From the NCBI GenBank assembly GCA_001244265.2, contig CDLV01000018.1, positions 620,001 through 684,000 on the forward strand: a stretch of 64,000 bases of DNA, written 5' to 3'. Made by a program: the position numbers and the translations under genes. The number at the start of each line of letters is the position of its first letter. Position 1 is the stretch's first letter. Source of the DNA: Microbotryum violaceum. Taxonomy: Eukaryota. Below the pieces are notes generated by a model. It was given only the letters and a program-made list of their open reading frames with translations. It did no database searches and was not told the origin of the DNA. Of the stretch, positions 14,235 to 27,400 are shown piece by piece.

Positions 14235-14311
14235 CGAGCAAGCGCTTGCAAGCGCGCTCTCCAGCAAGCGCGCTCTCTCGCAAGCGCCGCTCTCTCGCAA
14301 GCGCGCTCTCT
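14235..14311. repeat. Five degenerate copies of GCAAGCGC(GCTCTC) upstream of PRP6
   Basis: gcaagcgctt gcaagcgcgctctcca gcaagcgcgctctctc gcaagcgccgctctctc gcaagcgcgctctct read directly. Confidence 0.8.
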
Positions 14312-14488
14312 CCTTCCTGCTCGCATCCCGGCTCACACCTCTGCTACTTGTTGGAACATCACTCGGCCGAGGGTACAGACGACCGTTTTTGGATTGCGTG
14401 CTCTGGACTGCGTGTTGGATCGAGATCGCAGTGGGTCGTACGACGAACCCGGGCGCGCCCCCGAAAAGGAGCTTGATTCCCGGCCAAG

Positions 14489-17400
14489 ATGGGTGAGCAT
14501 CCAGCAACATCCTCCCACCCAACTCGATTCTTTTGGCCCCCCGGCTGATCAACACTCCTCGCCCCACAGCGCATCTACTCCAAGGCGACAAGTATGCGTT
14601 TGCAAGTCCCTGTTCTCTGTGACGGCTGCGCTCGCTGCCCTGCCCTCGCTCGACGATGTCACTGATACTACAAATCATCTCCTACATTATCCCTCCGACA
14701 GCTCAAGATGAAGGCCCCAGCGGCGTACGTAGCTGGTCTAGGTCGAGGTGCTTCCGGGTTCACGACCCGATCCGATATTGGACCCGCGCGAGAGCAAGTG
14801 ACGGACGAGGCCGCCGAGGACAAGAACGCCGGCCGAGGCGAGGAGATCGATGGCGATCTGCCCGACCGCTATCAGGATCCAGAGAATGAGACTGGATTGT
14901 TTGCGGGTACGTGCGTGGGTTCTCGGACCCGAGTGTAAGGGGGCCATGTGGGGGGTGCAAACCAGCTGAGGGAACCCCCACCTCCTCTTCCCAGGCATGG
15001 TCTACGAAGCCGACGACGAAGAGGCCGACCGAATTTACGAAGCCGTCGATGCCCAAATGGACGAGAGGAGGAAAAAGCGCAGGGAAGCGAGGGAGAAGGA
15101 GGAGGAGGAAAGGTTCCGAGCCGAACGACCGACGATCCAGGCCCAGTTTGCCGATCTGAAGCGTGGCTTGGCCGACATGACTGATCAGGAATGGGACAGT
15201 CTACGTGAGTTAGAATCGCGAACTGGGGGGTAAGAGTCCGGCAATTGATCTGAACGACCTTGCTCATCCTGCAGCGGAGGTCAACAACTTGATCGGCAAT
15301 CGGATCAAGAAGCCCCGGCTGGAAGGCCGAAGCTTCAACGTGCCCGACAGTGTTCTTGTAGCTGCTAGAGATCGCAATGCAGTCGAGTCGGCTCTCTCAG
15401 AGGAGCAAATGGTATGTGCTCATCGGGGAACACAAACTGCCCGAGTCAAATGCTGATGATTCTATTCACTTTTTGTCGATCGCAGGAGGATGGGACGAAA
15501 ACCTCGATGAACGCTTTGACCGACTTTGCCGAAATCGGTCAAGCTCGAGAAAAGATGTTGTCAATCAAACTTGAACAACAAGCCGGCACAGACTCGGTCT
15601 CGGGCTCGACGACCATCGACCCCAAGGGCTATCTCACCGGCCTGCAATCCCAAGTCCTCAAAACGGCGACCGAGATCGGAGATATCAAGCGAGCACGGCA
15701 ATTGCTGCAGTCGTTGACCAAAACGAATCCCAAGCATGCTCCTGGATGGGTCGCTGCAGCTTGGCTGGAGAACGTTGCGGGGAAATCCGTGCAGGCACGC
15801 AAGATCATTGCCGAAGGGTGCCAGCATTGTCCCAAGAATGAGGACGTCTGGATCGCCGCGAGCGAATTGAATGTGAGGAAAGCTGTGATCGAAGTATGAT
15901 TCAGATGTGCTGAATTCCACCTTTGAACGTTTTACAGACCAACGATAATGCCAAAGTCATCCTTGCCAACGCCGTACAAGAACTCCCCCAGTCCGTGCGG
16001 ATTTGGATGCGGGCCGTTGAGCTGGAGAACGACCCTTCCGCAAAGAAGCGCGTGCTTCGGAAGGCGCTCGAGTACATCCCCGCCTCGGTCAAGTTATGGA
16101 AGGAGACGGTCAAACGCGAGGAGAACCCCGAGGACGCTCGCATCTTGCTCGCCCGAGCCGTCGAAGTCATTCCTCATTCGCAAGAGCTATGGCTTGCATT
16201 GGCACGACTGGAGACGCCCGATCGCGCACGACAGGTGCTCAACAAGGCGCGCAAGACGATCCCGACCTCACACGAGATTTGGATCGCTGCCGGTCGATTG
16301 CAGGAGCAAGAGGGCAATACCTCCCAGGTCGATGCTATCATCGCAAACGGTGTCACCGCGCTCAAAAAGAACGGTGCGATCTTGACTCGTGAGCAATGGC
16401 TCGGCGAAGCCGAACGATGCGAGAGCGCCGGCAGTATCGTCACCGCTCAGGCCATCCTTAAAGCCACGCTGCATCTCGATGTCGAAGAGGAGGACCGACT
16501 GGAGCGATGGCTCGAAGATGCGCAGACCATGACGAGCAAGGGCTTGATCGGCTGCGCTCGAGCCATCTTTGCATATTCGCTCAACGTCTTTCCTCAGAAG
16601 CAGGCGTTGTGGCGGAAAGCCGCCGAATTGGAGAAGGCGCACGGCACAAGAGAGACGCTGTTGGCGCTCTTGAACAAGGCGGTCGAGTCCGTACCTCAAG
16701 CCGAGGTCCTTTGGCTCATGGCTGCGAAAGAGTCTTGGCTCGGCGGCGACGTCCCCGGTGCTCGCGCAATTCTGGGCCGGGCATTCGAGGCCAATCCCGA
16801 GAGCGAAGGTATTTGGCTCGCAGCGGCCAAGCTTGAGGCCGAGAACGGACAGATCGAGGCCGCTCGAGAACTCATGCGACGTGCCGTCGAACGCGTCGGA
16901 ACCGAACGTATTTGGATCAAGTCCGCCGTCTTCGAACGACAACACGCGACGGCTGATTCTGCGCTCTCCACCGCCAAAGCGGGCTTGGCTAAATACGACC
17001 GCTCCGCGAAACTGTACCTCATCCACGCGCAGTTGTTGCTCGCACAGGAACCCCCTGCCACAAATGCAGCGAGGGAAGTGCTGGCGACGGCGGCCAAGAA
17101 GTGCCCGACTTCTGTGCCGATCTGGTTATTGGCTTCGAGGCTCGAGGAGAACATCGGGTTGCGTATTAAGGCGCGTGCGTTGTTGGAGAAGGCGAGGAAC
17201 CTTAACCCCAAGAGCGAAGAGGTTTGGCTCGAGTCGGTAAAGGTCGAAGAGAGGGACGGAAGTGGGGCTGCCAAGGGCATGCTCGCACGAGGTACGTGGT
17301 CATGTCGGGCTATCAAAAATTCAGCTTTGCATCTCACTGATCGTTTTTCTCTCGTTATCCGCCATAGCTCTGCAAGCGTTGCCAACATCAGGGATCTTGC

Positions 17401-17798
17401 ATTCGTACTCGGTGTGGCAAGAACCTCGGGCCACACGCAAGTCGCGATCGGTCGACGCGCTCAAAAAGACCAATAACTCGCCCGCCATCATCGTCACCGT
17501 CGCGCGGCTGTTCTGGGCCGAACGTAAAATCGAGAAAGCGAGGGACTGGTTCTCGCGAGCCGCGACAGCCGACGGCGACTTTGGCGATGCTTGGGCTTGG
17601 TGGTGGAAGTTTGAACGGCAGCACGGTGTCGAAGCCAACAAGCAGATCACGTTGGACCAGTGCACACAGGCGGACCCGCACCACGGTCAGACTTGGCAAG
17701 TCGTCCTCAAGGACCCTAAGAATGCTGGCAAGAGCGTGAAGGAGTTGCTGGATTTGGCTGCTGATGCTGTGGAGGAAGAGAAGAGCACTGTTGTGTAG
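14489..17798 (+). CDS. PRP6: Pre-mRNA splicing factor Prp6 (U5-102K, HAT/TPR repeats)
   Basis: N-terminal [89 protein letters not shown], then many HAT repeats. Confidence 0.97.
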
Positions 17799-18058
17799 AC
17801 AGTTCTCGACAACGTAATACAGACGATACAATCTATGGGCTTCTTGTCTCTTAGGGGATAATTGCTTGGGCATGAGATTCGGTTGCTACAGATTATGTAT
17901 CGCAATTGCAGAAGGCGGTAAATATGCGGGAATTAAACGAGTAACTAAGCAAAGTCGAGTGCCTGCCCCCGGTAGGTAATGATCAGGAGAGAGGGAAAAG
18001 GCGACTGAAAAGGCTGTGAAAGTGAGTGTCTGCTCATCATGATCCTCACAACCTGCGT

Positions 18059-21000
18059 TCACACCTTCAACAGGGCTTGGTAAAAGTCGGAGTTGACGGC
18101 CAGGTGAAAACTCGTCAATTTGGCGAGGCGTTCACCGAGACTCCTGATTTGGTCGGCGAGAGGGGTGAGGCCGTTGCGAACAAGGACAGTGTTCAGGTCA
18201 GGAGAGTGAAGAGGAAGGTCGATCTTGTCGGTATTAGGAGCGGAGTAGCGAGCCCGTTTCTCTCGGCACTCTTGCTCATCAAGTGACGCGCGTTTGGTGC
18301 CTCGTCGAGTGGCTGACACAGCCTTCGCCTTCATGTTTGCTTCCGCAGGCACAATGTCCATACTTCTTTCACCCGTGCATCCCGTGCGCCGACTTCGTCG
18401 AGGGTCGAGCGTGATTGAGGTCTGGCTGGCGAGCGGACTCACGGTCGGACGCATCCACCAAGGAGCTCCTTTCATCTCTGTTCCAAGCGCGAGCTCATCT
18501 TGGACGACGGCCGTAACGGCCCCTTGAAGCCGAGATCGCAGGAGAATAAATACCTTGGAGTGAGAGCGAACATGCGTCTGGATGTAGCTCTCCACCAGAG
18601 TAGGCATGTCATGTACCGTATTCGAGTTGATCGCTGGCGCGTATCTTACGGCTGTTGTCGCTAGCTTGGTGGCAAAGCCGGCCATGATTTGTCCGACATG
18701 TCTGAGTTCATGTCGCCACTCGTCACAATCGAATTTTGCGGTCCCTTGCATCGTGGCTGCTTTGAAGCGCGATTCCGTCGACGCGGTCGTTACAGTTGGC
18801 GCGTTTTGCGAGATTGCGGCGTTGGCGGTTGAAATGACGCCAGCAATGCATTGTCGGAGTTCCAAGAGTTCCTTCGCGCATGAGCGCGATGAAGGTACAA
18901 GCTCTTGGAAGAGCATCATGAGCATGTAGAGGAGTGTCAAATCCGTCGCCTCATTGCGATGCATCTTGAGCCGAAAAGCGTCGAGCTGGAAAGTGAATGG
19001 GAGAGTCGGCTGTGGTGGAGACGGGGTGACGGACGAGAACGCAAGGCCCAGGACGCCTTGCAGAACTGAACGAGAAACGCGATCTCGGATCGCCGAACCG
19101 TCCTCGGGAGATGTCTTGATTAACCACTGACGAACTCGCTCGGATTCTTCGGACGAGAGCCGGATTTGTTGATGGTTGCGCTCAAACTCGACGGCCGTTC
19201 GAACCAGATAAGGTCGCAACGATCGCAACTGATGATTCGCGATGTCCTATGTAATCACAGTCCAAGGGACAGTCAGCGCACTAAAATAAGGAGGCTGCGC
19301 ACGGCCAGTCGGATGTGAAACTCACGAGCTTCATCATTTCCAGAATCTCAAAGCAGTGACGTAGGCCCAAAGCCACACTGGCATCGTCCCCTTTGCAAAT
19401 TCGAGCCATGTTGTCGATCATATGATCGCGCATAGGCGCGCAGTGCATTTTAAGTGTCACTCCGAGATAATCGGCAAGCTTGCCGACGTCCAAGAGCCCG
19501 CGCGTAAGTTGCTGGTAGATGAAGGCGGGGTCGAGCATTTCCATCACCTCTTCCTGAGAGTGTTCGCTAGGTTTCACTGGAAGGAGAGAGACAACTATGT
19601 TCCGTAGCTCGGTAATCAGGTTCGGAATGCGGGAAGGCCACAAGGCCGAGATCTCGGTGGCGTCACTCCTTGGGCTTTGACAAACGCAGGCAAGTCGTTC
19701 GGAGCCAACAAAGGCGGTGCAGCGGCATCCCAACACCAACTCGCGAGAGACGGCGTACCAATATCGATCAGCGGCCCGTTTCTTCCGCTCACCCCTGTAC
19801 AAGCGAAAACCGCGGACGACGGCGGGCAGAAGATGGTCAGTGCGGGTTTTGCGCACGAGCTAGTCGCGACCGACGTCGCGGACGAACCTTGCACGCACCT
19901 TTCACCGTCATAATTCGGTCGGAACATCAAATTGGGGTCAAATACAATGTCATGACGTAGTCGTGCGCTTTGAAGAATATCGTGCAGGTCGAGCTCCTTA
20001 AGAGTAGCCATTGTGATGGGAGGCAGCAAGAAGGATGCGGTCGACGTGGGGATCGAGGGATTTGTGTCGGTCTGCGCACCAACGGAACGGCCGTGAGCCG
20101 ATCCCTTCACATGCAAGCGATGCGCGCCTGCGATTTCTCCGTTCTCGGGCGTTGGAGCGGGGGAGCCGGAAACCTGAGTGAGGGATGTCGACGTCGAGCT
20201 CGCTTCACATGATGACGCAGAGGAGGACGGATGCGAATGGGAAGCATCAAGAGCCATAGTTCCCGATTGGGAATGTACGGTGGGGAAGCAGGGGCTGGAA
20301 ATTATCGGAGGAGCAGAGAAAGAACGGGGCCTGGGAGGAAGACAAGCGTACGAGCGGCACGCTCGAGTCGCGGTGGCAGAATCCAGGCGTCGATAGGGGC
20401 GATCCGGACCTGGAGCCCCGTGCGGTTGGGTTGAAGGGACGGTCGCGGCTAATCCAGTGCTGCGTGTCGCTTTGGGTGCACTCGCGACAGTCTTATCCGA
20501 AGACACCTTGTTTAGCGCACGCGCGAACGAACCGGTATAGGAGAGCGGAAGTCTCCAGTCTAAACGTCGATGGTCCGACCATCGGGCTTCGCGTCCGTTC
20601 GGGGTCCCGTGCTTTCCCGTACCTCGGGCCTCGGCGGAAAACGGAGCGCTTGAGCTACTCGACTGAATAGCTCCAAAGCTCAGCAGACCTGTCCGGATGC
20701 GTTTTGAAGCAATACTCGATGTTTCTCGGTCCTGACAATTGCACGGAGCCCCTGACGGCGTTCGCCGATGCGAGACCGAGACAATCGTCTCGCGGCTGCC
20801 TTCTCTTGGCTTGAAGGATGCAGACGCTGGCCGATGGAGACGTTTCTTGGTTGGCACAGTTCCGCATCGCCTCGAACGGTGCTTTGAAGGTCGCAAAAGC
20901 GCCATTGTCGCCCCCCATACGGCATGTGACTTTACGTGGCTCTCGCACGCCCAGCTCCTGGGTTCAACCAAGTGTTCATGCGACCTTTTTCGCCGAGTCA

Positions 21001-21301
21001 GGCCAGATTCCCGGACCTGACATCGTTGCTGGAATGACCACGACGTGACCATGTGTGTTGCTGACGACGACGGCGGAGACGGAGATGAAGGATCGACGAG
21101 GGAGCTCGAACAGGAGATGGGTGGGTGCGTAGCTTCATGATCGGTTGATGCCGAGCAGCGGCTTATTGCGACGGCCGACGAAGTGGAAGATGACGAGATG
21201 GGTGACACTGCCGAAGCGCGGCCGTCCACGTCCACCCGATGCGATCCAGTGTTATCGCCATGAACGGCGTACGACGGATTGGCCACTGTTTTTTGATCCA
21301 T
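18059..21301 (-). CDS. SOK1: T-complex protein 11 (Tcp11)/SOK1-like protein with long Ser-rich N-terminus
   Basis: PPITMATLKELDL..RLRHDIVFDPNLMFRPNYDGERGERK, LKMHCAPMRD, EILEMMKLDIANHQLRSLRPYL. Minus-strand introns 19795-19898 and 19247-19325. Start codon uncertain. Confidence 0.88.
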
Positions 21302-24059
21302 GACGACAGTTTTCGAGACGATGCAAGGCTGAACTCGAGTGAGGGAGGGCGACAAAGGCCGAGAGCGGCAGTAGATCTTACTTGCCGCGTGCTCTCGCGT
21401 GCTTCAAGATGCGGTCACTGCACTGAGGCTTGCCGGCCCCGCGCCCGTGCGGCCGCGTGAAGTCAAAGAGCGGTGAGAGGAGGCAGGGTCGAATGGGCTC
21501 GAGCTGCACTGGTCCGATGTGCCGAAGCTATACACTGTCCAGGTGGGTGGAGACTATGCTGAAGTAAGATACGAGACTGGTTTGACTCGCATTCGGCATT
21601 TCTCATGCCACAAATGCGCTCAGTTGGTGAGTACTCACGGAGGTGCCGCGGAGGGAGCAGTTCGGAGTCGTGAGTCGTCACCGGGTGAGACGTCGATAAT
21701 CTCTTTCGGCCAGGGGGTGTTGTCGCAGCTTCGCTGCTGGTGACGCGGTGAAGTAGCGGCCGCGCCAGAAGTTATGACTTCGAACAGAGCTCTCTCGGAT
21801 GCCGGTACCAACGATCGTATCGTGGAGCTCAAGAGAGGTCGCCTTCAGCAACAAACGTAGATCAGAGAAGTGGACCTTCACAGACCACAATGGCACTCAG
21901 CACGTTCAAGCTGATGCGCCGGTCGTCTTGGATCGGAAATAAGGCTGTGCGGCTGGCGCCGCTTTGTGCACTAATACCGTCGATCTCGCGACTAGCCACG
22001 CCTTGTCTCCTTGCGGTAGGCGCGCGCGCCGAATTCGATTGACTACCAAGTGAGACCTGCGCCGCGTTCTGTCCCGGCGCGCCGCCCGCTTGAAACGGCA
22101 ATGGCTTCTGTCAGCTCGGTGCCTACGCTGCAAGTTTTTCGGTCGGACGTATGCGAGCTGCAAGTAATCGTCGATCCGGAAATTGATCCAGACCAGGTTG
22201 ATGTTCAGAGAAATGGGAATACATTCGGAGCACTGCTATTTTGCTGCAAGCGGGTCGGAAACTGTTGCGTCTGCACAGCGTACCTGTTCTAGCACGCTAG
22301 GCCTGCACTGGCATCAGGACGACGGCGGACCGATTGCATGCGGAAGTCGAGCCAGCCTCTCCCGCCGCCCCGAACCCCCTTTGCGCGATTGCCGATGAAG
22401 GTGCGGGCGAGTTCTAGTAGCCGATGCCACGAAAAGAATTTGGCCATTTCTTAAGAAGAAGATATCCCTGTGTTGAACTCGTAGTGGTGGATTCCGTTTC
22501 GGAAGGCACTTGTTACTTGCCGGTCGTTAGTACAGAGCTAGCTACTAGCTGCCTGCATGCGCGCCGCCATTGGCGACTGATAAGTTAGGCCCTTCCTTGG
22601 ACCTGTGCCATGCGAAGATCCTTGCCCGACCCGTAGCTGGGCACGGGTCTGAGTGGTCAGATCTCACCGAATACAGGGAAACTTTCCACCTAGTTCACCT
22701 TTTTCCGAACCTAATCGATCTCTGAGAAAAAAAGGGGGAGAATTTTCTCGGCGTTGATTTTCTGATCGAAGCGGAAGGGATCGCTTCGTGGCGCATCGAA
22801 ACGGGCCCAGTGTGCCACGGTCCCTGATTTTCTCTCGAGCGAGCAACCAAACGCCTATATAAGCGCTGAAGAATGGCGAGAGCAATCTGTGAGAGCGTTT
22901 TGTAATCCGGACTGGTGATCAAAACCTGCTCTCGGACTCAAGGGCCGAAGGAACGTGCTTTTGAGCGCAGCACCCGAAGCCAGCCATCGAGTCCCGATTT
23001 AGTCGAGAAGCAAGACCGTGACTTCTTGCGCGGAAGACGTCGCCCAACGTCGAGACACGACATTCTCAGAACAGCCTATCATGTAACTTTGCATTGTTTT
23101 CTCGTGCCGAGAAGATGACCAGCGGTACAGAGAGGTCGCTTCGCTGTGACCCGAGTGACAGTGAGACCTCGTCTACTGAACATCTTGCGGGTTACTATAG
23201 TGCTGAGCTCGGCTTCTTGAACAATCGGAAGTCGTCGCTGAGTTATTTAGGGTGCCCATAGGGAGGTACCAAGATGAGCATATATACCTGAGAGCGTCCG
23301 AAAAAGCAAAATAGGTCCCATCTCAATACTTTACGTCATAGTATGGCGCTGAAGCACTTCTGCCATATCGGTCCTTAGCGCAGTTGACACGCTGACCCCT
23401 TTGTTGCACACACGCCACGCGCGGAAGCCGAACGCGCGGAAGCCCCTTGTAGCTAGTCTCCGTGCGGAGGCAGATGAGATCGTGAGAGCCCGCTAGAAGG
23501 CCTAACGAATGTCCTGCCACAGTTCTTTTGAGCAACCAAGCCATGCTTGATGTGCAGCTCGAGCGAGCACTAGAAAAACTTTGGCAGGGAGACTGCCTGA
23601 TTTGGATCGCGCCTGCCGATCGTGGCCAAAGATCATCGAAAGCCACGGAACATGCGAAAAGCATGTACTTTAATTTTGAGTAAACCTTGAGTATGCGTAT
23701 ATTTAATGGGATTCATATATGCCGTGACGCTCTTTGGGCTCTCCGGTTTTCGGTGCGCGTGAAACGACTGCTGCACGAGGCGTTTCGGACTTCGAGAGCG
23801 ATCATTCGGAAGGTCAGGCAGGCTGCGCGCCTTGACCCCGACCCGTCCAACAGCTTGCAGGCTCTGGTCCCTGAAGAAACTGTTTGAAAAATGAACCTCC
23901 TCGTAATTCATTACTGAGGTTTTTTACCATCGGGAAACCGCCTTCGACCTTCGTAGTGTGTCTCGTGTCGCAGTCATGCCAAGTGGGCTGCCGCTCAGCT
24001 CCGGTTGGTATGACGGTCCTCGCGGACAGGGAAGGTTCTAGACTATTACCCTTTATTTA

Positions 24060-24280
24060 ACTAGTTAACTAGTAAAAAAAAAGTGTGAGTTAAGGAATGT
24101 ACCTAAAATCGCTGTTTTTGACTAGGTTGCGGCCCTTCGGGCCGCCTGTGGTGGATGTACCAGCATACTGTTGTGTCTGCCGCATCTGCCTGTGGTGTCT
24201 ATGTTCCGATCAGAAGTCATGTACAAGCGCTGTGGTGACTTTTGTATTTTCCGCGCCGTTCCAACGAAGCTACAGCGCTC
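24060..24280. repeat. Dispersed ~200-bp terminal-like module (CTAG motifs, GC hairpin), second copy at 62811-63010
   Basis: aactagt-A-run-gtg(t/c)gagttaaggaat..accta, hairpin gcggccc-ttc-gggccgc (24129-24145), gcctgtggtgg.tgtaccagca.actgttgtgtctgccgca.ctgcctgtggtgtc.atgttccga.cagaagtcat shared by both copies. Confidence 0.92.
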
Positions 24281-24488
24281 CCGGTATTTTCCTTCTTTTT
24301 TTCGCTCACATAAAACAATGCTTCCACTCATATTGCATTTAATGAACCGCAAGCGCGTGGCTTTGCATGATATTGCTTCTACAGCAGAGCTCTGCCTGAC
24401 GTGCGAGGCGAGGGCTGGCGTTTGTCACGTGATGCGGTGCGCCGGCGGTGGAGTGTCATTCCGGCAGTCGACCAGGGACATTAGGGGC

Positions 24489-27400
24489 TGAACAACAAAT
24501 CAAACCACGTAAATAATCCTGCGCCACTCCCTCGAACCTTTCCTTTCTCCCTCTCACTCTCATCCAATTTTAGTGACACTCATTCAAGAACAAACCCTCG
24601 CTGCTATGTCCCGGTCCCAAGGTCGCCAGGGACTCAGGGAGGGCCATCGCAACCTCGCCAAGTCTTGGAGGGTAGCGCCGTACCCATGGGCTACCATGGG
24701 CTACCATGGGCCTGCTCGAGCGCCCGCTGCTGGGCGCCCCGCGGCTCGACCCTCCTCTTCGCCCCGCACCGATCAACAGAATCAGCCCCCACGCGTCATG
24801 ACAACAATTCAACCGATCTTGGCATTGCGACACGTATACGAGCCCGCCGTGCAGCTGTGCAGAACGGACAGCGTGGTCAGCGCGATGGCCAACTCGACGC
24901 TGGGCTCGCCCCACCACCACCTCCTCCGCAAAGGCGAGTGCGCCGGGCTCGAACCGCGCTCAAACCCCTCAAGCCCCACGTTTTCGCAGGGCAAGGTGCG
25001 GCTACCTCCCCCTCCCCAGCCCAATCTCGAGTATCGGCAGCTTTTTCAAGGCTCGGATAGCGGTCAGTTGCTCCGTCCAACAACGTTCGTCTGCAGTAGA
25101 CTCACATGCTGAACTGTGCGATGCACCTACACAGAAGTTAAGGCATTCCGGCGTTCCGCGAGAATGCCCGTCGTACAACAACGCGTTGTCGTTCACTTCG
25201 CTCGCTGCCCTCTGGGACCAAACTCAAGTGGACACTCTAGGAACTCCCGTGTTTCGCGTGTTCGGTCGCCTCTATCATCGACTCGGTGCGACGAGGAGGA
25301 CGAAGAGAATGGTGATGGTGAACGTAAGCTAAGCGTCTTCGGCTCATTCTCATATACCTCTCTGTTGAGACGCACCCTCAGACTGACATAAATTGTTCGA
25401 AAATCTAGGACGAAGATCAAACAAGAGGGGTCGAGGTGGATCAACCCGAGTTTCGCGTTCCCAATACTTTGCATATCACTTGCACGAACGCGACGACTAC
25501 TTCTCCATTCCGCATGCCACCCAGCGTCTCTTCCTCGAGTTCGTGATTGACGGATACTCCCAAGTCGAGACCGATCGACTCAACTACATCCGGTTGCATC
25601 AAGAAAGTCTGCGCCTCACCACGGCCCAAGGCATCACCGACGCTGTTGCCAACGGCCTGACCCCGGATCAAATTGGACGTTCGGTGATTTTGGGCTCGAC
25701 GTTCAAGAATAGTCCGCGCGAGATCACGCAGCGCTACCAAGATGCGATGGCTTGCGTCGTCAAATATGGAAAGCCTTCGCTGTTCATCACGGTGACGTGC
25801 AACCCCGAATGGCCGGAAATCAAGGCTGCACTGGGGCCGAACGACAAAGCATGCAACCGTCCGGATCTCATTGCACGAGTGTTTGAAGCCAAGCTGAACC
25901 GACTCTGCGACGACGTTTTTGGCAACAAGCAACGTACAGGCTGGTTTGGCGTGGTTCTGACGCATACACATGTGATTGAGTATCAGAAGCGGGGCCTGCC
26001 ACATGCCCATATCCTCATCACCCTCGCGCCGGACGATCATCCTTTGTCGGCGGAAGCGATCGACAAGATGATCTCGGCCGAGATACCCGATCCTTCGCGC
26101 TATCCTGATCTCCACCAGACCGTCACAAAGCACATGCTGCATGGCAAGTGTGGCGGAAACTCGACTCAGCCCTGCATGGAGAAGGACAATGGAAGCACCG
26201 CGTGCAGCGGTGCTCCAGAACGATAGACAGGATCAAACAATAGTATTTCACTAGAACCTCGGGTCAGTGAGCTGGCGAAAGCCAAGGGAGGTTTCAGGCG
26301 CGCGCAAGCTATTCAACTAAGCCAAAAGTTCTATAGCCTTCCATTGTACCTCGGGCAAAGGCCTCAGGCCTTGCAGACAAGTACGGTAATCCGAGGTGCA
26401 AGCGCCATTTTCCTCGCGAACAGAACCCCCACACCCGCATGCACCCTGAAGGCTACCCGTTGTATCGCCGACGCTTTCGCCACGCCGTTGTCAAGGGGGG
26501 TGTTATCTACAACGATGGTGACTGCGTGCCGTACTCGCCTTATCTCTGCGCCAAGTACAATGCGCATACCAATGTGGAGGCTGTGACAACGATCGGCGCG
26601 ATCAAGTACCTCTTCAAGTATGTGTACAAAGGTCCGGATCGAGCTGTGGCGCGTGTTGAGCGTGCAGCGAACGGTGAAGGGGCTCGCGAGGACGAACCGG
26701 TTCGAGATGAGATCAACGAGTTCGTCGAAGGTCGCTACATCAGTGCTCCAGAAGCGGTCCACCGCCTATTCGGATTCTCGGTCGGTAGAGTGTGGCCACC
26801 CGTCAATCGACTACCGGTCTATCTGGAGAATCAACAATCTGTGCAGATCAATCCCAATGAACCGCTGCCCCTCGACACTCCGCCCACTCGCTCCAAACTG
26901 ACCGGCTTCTTCAACCTGTGCGCTGCAGCTCCCGACGGCGAGCTCACTACCGCGTTGCTCTACACGAATGTGCCGCGCTACTACTCCTGGAATAAGGAGA
27001 AGTTGCGCTGGAAACGCCGAGTCCATGACCGCAATGTCATTGGACGAATCTACACCGTCCCACTGCGCAGTGGGGAGCGCTTTTACCTCAGACTACTCCT
27101 CGAGGTCGTCATGGGCCCGACATCGTTTGCGGACCTGCTCATGTTCGAGGACGTCGTGTATCCTTCCTATCGCGCCGCTGGCGCCGCTCGCGGACTTCTC
27201 GCCGACGATGGCGAGCATCACATCTGTCTCAGGGAAGCTGCACAGATTGAAACCGGTAACCAACGACGCCGATTATTCGTGTTCATGCTCATCCATGCGA
27301 CGGTTGCCAACCCACCAGCTTTGCTGGATCGTCACTTTGCTTCTCTTAGCGACGATGCCCGTTATCACATCGAACGCTATGAAGACGTGCCCGTCAACGA

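Noticed and set aside
4193..17436. Long antisense ORFs (4193-4987, 8402-9157, 12384-13046, 16268-17026, 16696-17436)
   Set aside because: Shadow ORFs opposite well-supported genes in GC-rich coding DNA.
21400..24000. Many short ORFs on both strands
   Set aside because: No recognisable motifs or coherent exon chain; left unannotated, though a small gene or TE relic cannot be excluded.
23985..24050. Weak tRNA/SINE-like A and B box words (gctcagct..ggttctagac)
   Set aside because: No cloverleaf could be folded and the B box is non-consensus.
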